The position numbers and the translations under genes were made by a program. From IMG/VR virus record IMGVR_UViG_2681813263_000003: a DNA stretch of 5,142 bases; one strand, given 5' to 3'. The DNA comes from a virus. Lineage: Duplodnaviria > Heunggongvirae > Uroviricota > Caudoviricetes. Within the stretch, counting starts at the first letter, position 1. Every line of letters begins with the position of its first letter. This document shows positions 1 to 5,142 of the stretch, in pieces. The notes beneath the pieces are model-generated. The model ran no database searches. It saw nothing but the letters and a program-made list of their open reading frames with translations, and was not told the DNA's origin.

Positions 1-26
1 AAGCGTAAGGCTGCGAGAGGTGAATA

Positions 27-524
27 ATGTCGCCATCATTACGCAAGGCTGTTGCAGTTGCTATTGGTGGCGGGGCTGTTGCTATAGCATCTGTGTTAAT
101 CACTGGCCCAGGTGGTAACGATGGTCTGGAAGGTGTCAGCTACATACCATACAAAGATATCATTGGTGTATGGACTGTATGTCACGGACACACCGGAAAA
201 GACATCATGCCTGGTAAAACGTATACCGAAGCAGAATGCAAAGCTCTCCTGAATAAAGACCTTGCCACTGTCGCCAGACAAATTAACCCGTACATCAAAG
301 TCGATATACCGGAAACAACGCGCGGCGCTCTTTACTCGTTCGTTTACAACGTGGGCGCTGGCAATTTCAGAACATCGACGCTTCTTCGCAAAATAAACCA
401 GGGCGATATCAAAGGCGCATGTGACCAGCTACGTCGCTGGACATATGCTGGCGGTAAGCAATGGAAAGGGCTGATGACCCGTCGTGAGATTGAGCGTGAA
501 GTCTGTTTGTGGGGGCAGCAATGA
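27..524 (+). CDS. R: Phage endolysin (lysozyme, GH24-like) with an N-terminal signal-arrest-release (SAR) domain, phage 21 R-type
   Basis: 165-aa ORF. N-terminus [30 protein letters not shown] is a Gly/Ala-rich, weakly hydrophobic segment typical of SAR domains, followed by the lysozyme catalytic region ([12 protein letters not shown]...[11 protein letters not shown]). From memory it is near-identical to the phage 21 R endolysin. GAGG at 17-20 sits 6 nt upstream of ATG 27. Stop TGA 522-524 overlaps the next start (ATGA). Confidence 0.93.
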   Translation: MSPSLRKAVAVAIGGGAVAIASVLITGPGGNDGLEGVSYIPYKDIIGVWTVCHGHTGKDIMPGKTYTEAECKALLNKDLATVARQINPYIKVDIPETTRGALYSFVYNVGAGNFRTSTLLRKINQGDIKGACDQLRRWTYAGGKQWKGLMTRREIEREVCLWGQQ

Positions 525-985
525 GCAGAGTCACCGCGATTATCTCCGCTCTGGTTATCTGCATCATCGTCCGCCTGTCATGGGCTGTTAATCATTACCG
601 TGATAACGCCATTACCTACAAAGAGCAGCGCGACAAAAACGCAAGAGAACTGAAGCTGGCGAACGCAACCATTACTGACATGCAGCAGCGCCAGCGTGAT
701 GCTGATGCACTCGATGCTAAATACACGAAGGAGTTAGCTGATGCGAAAGCTGAAAATGAAACTCTGCGCGCTGATGTTGCCGCTGGTCGTCGTCGGTTGC
801 ACATCAAAGCAGTCTGTCAGTCAGTGCGTGAAGCCACCACCGCCTCCGGCGTGGATAATGCAACCAGCCCCCGACTGGCAGACACCGCTGAACGGGATTA
901 TTTCACCCTCAGAGAGCGGCTGATGACGATGCAGATGCAACTGGAAGGGGCACAGGAGTATATCCGCACTCAGTGCATTAAGTAG
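521..985 (+). CDS. Rz: Rz-type inner-membrane spanin subunit (i-spanin)
   Basis: N-terminal TM helix ([20 protein letters not shown]) followed by a long charged, coiled-coil-like periplasmic domain rich in R/E/A/K/D/Q. Sits immediately downstream of the endolysin and contains a nested +1-frame lipoprotein gene. The ORF track starts at GTG 509, but ATG 521 (MSRVTAI...) overlapping the lysozyme stop is the more plausible start. Confidence 0.88.
   Translation: MSRVTAIISALVICIIVRLSWAVNHYRDNAITYKEQRDKNARELKLANATITDMQQRQRDADALDAKYTKELADAKAENETLRADVAAGRRRLHIKAVCQSVREATTASGVDNATSPRLADTAERDYFTLRERLMTMQMQLEGAQEYIRTQCIK
741..923 (+). CDS. Rz1: Rz1-type outer-membrane lipoprotein spanin subunit (o-spanin), nested inside Rz in another frame
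   Basis: 60-aa [27 protein letters not shown]... with a signal peptide and lipobox (VVGC; Cys20 would be the lipidated residue, with T and S at +2/+3 and no Asp). Proline-rich stretch PPPPP. AAGGAG at 727-732 lies 8 nt upstream of ATG 741. Entirely inside the Rz ORF in a different frame, the classical Rz/Rz1 arrangement. Confidence 0.87.
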   Translation: MRKLKMKLCALMLPLVVVGCTSKQSVSQCVKPPPPPAWIMQPAPDWQTPLNGIISPSESG

Positions 986-1027
986 CCTTTTTATCGTGGT
1001 AAACATTTCGCAGGGTATGAGGTATTT

Positions 1028-1378
1028 ATGCCATCACTAATCCCACGTGCCTGCCGTAAGCGTGGATGTGCAGGTACAACCACAGACAGTTCGGGTTACT
1101 GCGATAAACATCGCGGTGAAGGCTGGGTGCAGCACCAGCGCGGACTGAGCCGCCACCAGCGTGGCTATGGCTCAAAATGGACGGTGATTCGTGCCCGTAT
1201 TCTGAAGCGCGATAAAGGTCTGTGTCAGTTGTGTCTGCGTGTCGGTGTGGGGAGCGAGGCGAAAACCGTCGACCACATCATCCCGAAAGCGCATGGCGGA
1301 ACAGACGCAGACAGCAACCTGCAGAGTCTGTGCTGGCCCTGCCATAAAGCGAAAACAGCGCGCGAACGAATCCGGTGA
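1028..1378 (+). CDS. Phage-associated HNH endonuclease (terminase-associated type)
   Basis: 116-aa ORF with Cys pairs (CQLC ... CWPCH) and the motif DHIIPKAHGGTDADSNLQSLC, typical of HNH/zinc-ribbon nucleases. Located directly upstream of the terminase genes, as in HK97-like packaging modules. GAGG at 1019-1022 lies 5 nt upstream of the ATG. Confidence 0.88.
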   Translation: MPSLIPRACRKRGCAGTTTDSSGYCDKHRGEGWVQHQRGLSRHQRGYGSKWTVIRARILKRDKGLCQLCLRVGVGSEAKTVDHIIPKAHGGTDADSNLQSLCWPCHKAKTARERIR

Positions 1379-1400
1379 TAATTATTCTCACTTGTAGGGA

Positions 1401-1460
1401 GGGGCGGGGCAAATCCCTGTGACCTGACGTCTTCCGGACTGCCCGCCCCATCGTTTTTTT
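1401..1460 (+). terminator. GC-rich imperfect dyad followed by a T7 tract; candidate rho-independent terminator and/or part of the cos region
   Basis: GGGGCGGGGCA (1401-1411) can pair with TGCCCGCCCC (1440-1449), giving about 8 GC pairs plus 2 more after a one-base bulge, around a loop of about 28 nt that contains the palindrome GACGTC (1426-1431). Followed by TTTTTTT (1454-1460). The loop is long for a canonical intrinsic terminator, hence the low confidence. Confidence 0.35.
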
Positions 1461-1499
1461 ATACCCGCGAAAAATGAAATTTAACCAGGAGTGCCGCAT

Positions 1500-1994
1500 A
1501 TGGCTGGAACGGCGGGGGGGTCCGGGCGTCGCCCCAAGCCAACGGCGCGCAAGGCGCTGGCCGGAAACCCCGGCAAGCGAGCCCTGAACAAAGATGAACC
1601 TGTTTTTACGCCCATCAAAGGTGTTGAGCCACCAGAGTGGTTCGCTGAAGAAGATCTCCCTCTCGCCACGATCATGTGGCAACTGACAACCAAAGAACTC
1701 TGCGGTCAGGGCCTGCTGTGCGTGACTGACCTGGCGGTACTTGAGCGGTGGTGCGTGGCCTATGAGTTCTGGCGACGTGCCGTGAAAAATATTGCCATAC
1801 AGGGCAACACCATCACCGGTGCAATGGGCGGCAGGGTCAAAAATCCGGAGCTGACCGCCAAAAAAGAACAGGAGTCCGAGATGAGCAGCACGGGGGCAAT
1901 GCTCGGACTCGACCCCAGCAGCCGCCAGCGTCTGATTGGCCTGGCGGGGCAGAAGAAAGCCACTAACCCGTTTCTGAAAATTATCGAATCATGA
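1500..1994 (+). CDS. terS: Terminase small subunit, P27 family
   Basis: Translation [36 protein letters not shown]... with downstream ...[22 protein letters not shown]... has the characteristic P27-family N-terminus and core. AGGAG at 1486-1490 favours ATG 1500 over the GTG 1491 used in the ORF track. Stop TGA 1992-1994 overlaps the large-terminase start (ATGA). Confidence 0.88.
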   Translation: MAGTAGGSGRRPKPTARKALAGNPGKRALNKDEPVFTPIKGVEPPEWFAEEDLPLATIMWQLTTKELCGQGLLCVTDLAVLERWCVAYEFWRRAVKNIAIQGNTITGAMGGRVKNPELTAKKEQESEMSSTGAMLGLDPSSRQRLIGLAGQKKATNPFLKIIES

Positions 1995-3724
1995 GCCGGA
2001 AATCTTACCCCAACGTAAATGCTGCAAATCAGTATGCCCGGGATGTCGTGCGCGGAAAGATTGTTGCCTGCCAGTTTGTGATTCAGGCCTGCCAGCGCCA
2101 TCTTGATGACCTGATGGCGGAAAAAAGTAAGTCGTTTCGTTACCGCTTCGACAAGGACCTGGCTGAACGGGCCGCGAAATTTATTCAGCTGTTGCCGCAC
2201 ACCAAGGGGGAGTGGGCATTCAAACGGATGCCCATCACGCTGGAGCCGTGGCAGCTATTTGTGATCTGCTGTGCGTTTGGCTGGGTCAATAAAGGCACCC
2301 GGTTGCGCCGCTTCCGGGAGGTGTACACCGAAATCCCCCGTAAGAACGGCAAATCAGCAATCTCTGCCGGTGTTGCCCTGTATTGTTTTGCCTGTGATAA
2401 CGAGTTTGGCGCGGAAGTGTATTCCGGTGCCACGACAGAGAAACAGGCGTGGGAAGTCTTTCGCCCGGCGCGACTGATGTGTAAACGCACACCCATGCTG
2501 ACGGAAGCGTTCGGGATTGAGGTTAACGCCTCAAACATGAACCGTCCGGAGGATGGCGCGCGGTTTGAACCGCTGATCGGCAACCCAGGTGATGGTTCAT
2601 CACCCCACTGTGCCGTGGTTGATGAATATCACGAGCATGCCACCGATGCGCTTTATACCACAATGCTTACCGGGATGGGGGCGCGACGTCAGCCACTGAT
2701 GTGGGCCATCACCACCGCCGGGTACAACATTGAGGGGCCGTGCTACGACAAGCGGCGGGAAGTCATCGAGATGCTCAACGGCTCGGTGCCTAACGATGAA
2801 CTGTTCGGGATCATCTATACCGTTGATGAAGGTGACGACTGGACCGGCCCGCAGGTGCTGGAAAAAGCCAATCCAAATATTGGCGTGTCGGTTTATCGCG
2901 AATTTTTGTTAAGTCAGCAGCAGCGTGCGAAAAATAACGCCCGTCTGGCAAACGTCTTTAAAACAAAACACCTCAATATCTGGGTGTCGGCGCGTTCGGC
3001 GTATTTCAACCTGGTGAGCTGGCAGAGCTGCGAGGATAAATCACTGACCCTTGAGCAGTTCGAGGGGCAGCCGTGCATTCTGGCCTTTGACCTGGCGCGT
3101 AAGCTGGATATGAACAGCATGGCGCGACTTTATACCCGCGAGATTGACGGTAAAACGCATTACTACAGTGTGGCCCCGCGTTTCTGGGTACCGTATGACA
3201 CGGTGTACAGCGTCGAGAAAAATGAAGATCGACGGACAGCCGAACGCTTTCAGAAATGGGTGGAAATGGGCGTTCTGACCGTTACCGATGGTGCGGAGGT
3301 GGATTATCGCTACATCCTCGAGGAGGCCAAAGCGGCGAACAAAATCAGCCCGGTCAGTGAGTCACCCATCGACCCCTTCGGGGCGACCGGGTTGTCACAT
3401 GACCTTGCTGATGAAGACCTGAATCCCGTCACTATCGTCCAGAACTTCACCAATATGTCCGATCCGATGAAAGAGCTGGAAGCAGCGATTGAATCGGGAC
3501 GTTTTCATCATGACGGCAATCCCATCATGACCTGGTGTATCGGCAACGTGGTCGGCAAAAACATGCCGGGTAACGATGATGTGGTGAAACCCGTCAAAGA
3601 GCAGGCGGAAAACAAAATCGATGGTGCAGTTGCGCTGATTATGGCGGTTGGCAGAGCCATGCTGTACGAGAAAGAAGACACGCTGTCTGACCACATTGAG
3701 TCCTACGGGATCCGCTCGCTTTAA
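1991..3724 (+). CDS. terL: Terminase large subunit (ATPase plus nuclease; Terminase_1-like)
   Basis: 577-aa ORF. Walker A-like motif EIPRKNGKS and Walker B-like motif [10 protein letters not shown] in the N-terminal ATPase domain; C-terminal RNaseH-like nuclease signatures ([11 protein letters not shown] ... [12 protein letters not shown]). Size and position downstream of terS are typical. Confidence 0.96.
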   Translation: MSRKSYPNVNAANQYARDVVRGKIVACQFVIQACQRHLDDLMAEKSKSFRYRFDKDLAERAAKFIQLLPHTKGEWAFKRMPITLEPWQLFVICCAFGWVNKGTRLRRFREVYTEIPRKNGKSAISAGVALYCFACDNEFGAEVYSGATTEKQAWEVFRPARLMCKRTPMLTEAFGIEVNASNMNRPEDGARFEPLIGNPGDGSSPHCAVVDEYHEHATDALYTTMLTGMGARRQPLMWAITTAGYNIEGPCYDKRREVIEMLNGSVPNDELFGIIYTVDEGDDWTGPQVLEKANPNIGVSVYREFLLSQQQRAKNNARLANVFKTKHLNIWVSARSAYFNLVSWQSCEDKSLTLEQFEGQPCILAFDLARKLDMNSMARLYTREIDGKTHYYSVAPRFWVPYDTVYSVEKNEDRRTAERFQKWVEMGVLTVTDGAEVDYRYILEEAKAANKISPVSESPIDPFGATGLSHDLADEDLNPVTIVQNFTNMSDPMKELEAAIESGRFHHDGNPIMTWCIGNVVGKNMPGNDDVVKPVKEQAENKIDGAVALIMAVGRAMLYEKEDTLSDHIESYGIRSL

Positions 3725-3735
3725 CTGAGGTAATT

Positions 3736-3918
3736 ATGATCATGCTGATTCTCGCGCCTCTGGTGGGCGTGCTGGGTGCGCTTTTGCTGGCGTATGGTGC
3801 CTGGCTGATTTATCCCCCGGCGGGTTTTGTTGTTGCCGGGGCGCTGTGCCTGTTCTGGTCGTGGCTGGTGGCGCGATATCTCGACCGTACACGGCAGTCT
3901 GTCGGCGGAGGTAAATAG
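3736..3918 (+). CDS. Small hypothetical membrane protein (60 aa, two predicted TM helices)
   Basis: [26 protein letters not shown] - PPAG - [19 protein letters not shown], followed by a short basic tail. GAGG at 3727-3730 lies 5 nt upstream of ATG 3736. Its stop TAG 3916-3918 overlaps the portal GTG start by one base. I recognise no family from the sequence alone. Confidence 0.55.
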   Translation: MIMLILAPLVGVLGALLLAYGAWLIYPPAGFVVAGALCLFWSWLVARYLDRTRQSVGGGK

Positions 3919-5131
3919 TGTTCTTTTCGGGATTATTTCAACGAAAAAGCGATGTGCCGGTGACCACGCCAGCAGAACTGGCTGATGCTATCGGGCTGTC
4001 ATACGACACCTATACCGGAAAGCGGATCAGTAGCCAGCGGGCCATGCGCCTGACGGCGGTCTATTCTTGCGTCAGGGTGCTGGCAGAGTCTGTTGGTATG
4101 CTGCCCTGCAGTCTCTACAAAATCAGCGGTACCCTGAAAACACGGGCGGTGGATGAACGACTGCATAAGTTGGTTTCGGCAAAACCTAATGGCTACATGA
4201 CACCGCAGGAATTCTGGGAGCTGGTTATTGTCTGCCTGTGTCTACGGGGGAATTTTTACGCCTACAAGGTAAAGGCACNNNNNNNNNNNNNNNNNNNNNN
4301 NNNNNNNNNNNNNNGANNNNNNNNNNNNNNNNNNNNNNNNNNNNNNNNNNNNNNNNNNNNNNNNNNNNNNNNNNNNNNNNNNNNNNNNNNNNNNNNNNNN
4401 NNNNNNNNNNNNNNNNNNNNNNNNNNNNNNNNNNNNNNNNNNNNNNNNNNNNNNNNNNNNNNNNNNNNNNNNNNNNNNNNNNNNNNNNNNNNNNNNNNNN
4501 NNNNNNNNNNNNNNNNNNNNNNNNNNNNNNNNNNNNNNNNNNNNNNNNNNNNNNNNNNNNNNNNNNNNNNNNNNNNNNNNNNNNNNNNNNNNNNNNNNNN
4601 NNNNNNNNNGTTGNNNNNNNNNNNNNNNNNNNNNNNNNNNNNNNNNNNNNNNNNNNNNNNNNNNNNNNNNNNNNNNNNNNNNNNNNNNNNNNNNNNNNNN
4701 NNNNNNNNNNNNNNNNNNNNNNNNNNNNNNNNNNNNNNNNNNNNNNNNNNNNNNNNNNNNNNNNNNNNNNNNNNNNNNNNNNNNNNNNNNNNNNNNNNNN
4801 NNNNNNNNNNNNNNNNNNNNNNNNNNNNNNNNNNNNNNNNNNNNNNNNNNNNNNNNNNNNNNNCGAAGAGCTGGGGCTGGGATTTATCAACTATTCACTG
4901 GTGCCGTATCTGACCCGCATCGAACAGCGGATCAACACCGGACTGGTACGAAAAAGTAAGCAGGGCGTTTATTACGCCAAATTTAACGCCGGGGCGTTAC
5001 TGCGCGGGGATATGAAGTCCCGTTTTGAAGCCTACGCCACCGGGATCAACTGGGGAATTTACTCTTCCAATGACTGCCGCGACCTGGAAGATATGAATCC
5101 GCGTCCCGGTGGTGTAATGCCGATCAGTTAA
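3918..5131 (+). CDS. Portal protein, HK97 family; interior masked by Ns with an apparent frame change across the gap
   Basis: GTG 3918 is preceded by GGAGG (3906-3910, 7 nt spacing). N-terminal 120 aa (…RAMRLTAVYSCVRVLAESVGMLPCSLYK…QEFWELVIV…) resemble HK97-type portal proteins. After the N block the portal-like sequence (…FINYSLVPYLTRIEQRINTGLV…ATGINWGIYSSND…) continues to TAA 5129-5131 but in a different frame (pre-gap frame 0, post-gap frame 2). Total span of about 404 codons fits a portal protein. The end coordinate and integrity are uncertain because of the gap. Confidence 0.8.
4279..4863. other. N-masked or unresolved block (585 positions) containing isolated called bases GA (4315-4316) and GTTG (4610-4613)
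   Basis: Directly visible run of n characters; it lies inside the portal gene. Confidence 0.99.
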
Positions 5132-5142
5132 GGATCAGTTGA

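Noticed and set aside
96-281. 61-aa minus-strand ORF inside the endolysin gene
   Set aside because: Fully antisense to a well-supported CDS, with no ribosome-binding site and no recognisable domain; typical spurious antisense ORF.
509-520. GTG 509 as the Rz start (ORF-track start)
   Set aside because: ATG 521 overlaps the endolysin stop in the usual coupled arrangement and gives the expected Rz N-terminus; the GTG extension adds four residues without support.
616-1006. Minus-strand ORFs 616-807 and 821-1006 overlapping Rz/Rz1
   Set aside because: Antisense to the conserved spanin pair, low-complexity translations (S/A/R-rich, poly-G), no start context.
1491-1499. GTG 1491 as the terS start (ORF-track start)
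   Set aside because: The AGGAG at 1486-1490 directly abuts the GTG (zero spacing) but is 9 nt from ATG 1500, so ATG 1500 is preferred.
1461-1499. AT-rich stretch upstream of terS as a possible promoter
   Set aside because: No convincing -35/-10 pair with proper spacing; late genes in this type of phage are normally expressed by read-through from an upstream late promoter.
1514-1520. G7 homopolymer near the 5' end of terS as a possible slipped-strand phase-variation tract
   Set aside because: The tract is short, lies in a Gly-rich coding stretch (GGSG) typical of this terS family, and no alternative frame product is evident.
1278-1693. Minus-strand ORFs 1278-1682 (134 aa) and 1481-1693 (70 aa) spanning the HNH 3' end, the intergenic region and the terS 5' end
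   Set aside because: They run antisense across two confident genes and the intergenic dyad; the translations are Arg/Gly/Ser/Pro-rich, as expected from reading GC-rich DNA in the wrong frame.
1760-2583. Minus-strand ORFs 1760-2200 and 2185-2583 and small overlapping ORFs 2271-2477 (+) and 2286-2492 (-)
   Set aside because: All lie within or antisense to terS/terL, whose own frames carry clear terminase motifs; no independent signal.
2730-3696. ORFs 2730-2912 (+), 2914-3120 (-), 3395-3694 (-) and 3508-3696 (-) inside terL
   Set aside because: Alternative-frame or antisense ORFs within the large terminase gene; no ribosome-binding sites or domain-like sequence.
4225-4890. Minus-strand 221-aa ORF, and the separate frames of the + ORFs 3918-4913 and 4238-5131
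   Set aside because: These ORFs are open mainly because Ns translate as X. The minus-strand one is an artefact, and the two + ORFs are treated as the two halves of one portal gene rather than separate genes.
1-5142. Search for CRISPR arrays, tRNA/rRNA genes, integrase or att sites, and defence-system genes
   Set aside because: No regularly spaced direct repeats, no tRNA-like structures and no ORFs with nuclease, ATPase or other defence-type signatures outside the terminase and HNH genes were seen.

Overview
This window reads as the late (lysis and head-packaging) region of a lambdoid/HK97-like prophage from an enterobacterium; I see no defence system or other obviously novel system in the readable sequence. 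All supported genes are on the + strand, tightly packed and partly overlapping: a SAR-type endolysin (27-524), the nested spanin pair Rz (521-985) and Rz1 (741-923), an HNH endonuclease (1028-1378), a P27-family small terminase (1500-1994), a large terminase (1991-3724), a 60-aa two-helix membrane ORF (3736-3918) and an HK97-family portal gene (3918-5131). The portal gene is interrupted by a 585-position N-masked block (4279-4863), and its reading frame differs on either side of that block. The 121-bp gap between the HNH and small-terminase genes holds a GC-rich dyad followed by a T7 tract, which I read as a candidate cos region and/or terminator. The least expected items are the small membrane ORF inside the packaging operon and the masked block, whose content cannot be assessed. 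All family assignments come from reading the translations and from memory of these families; none has been confirmed by a database search.
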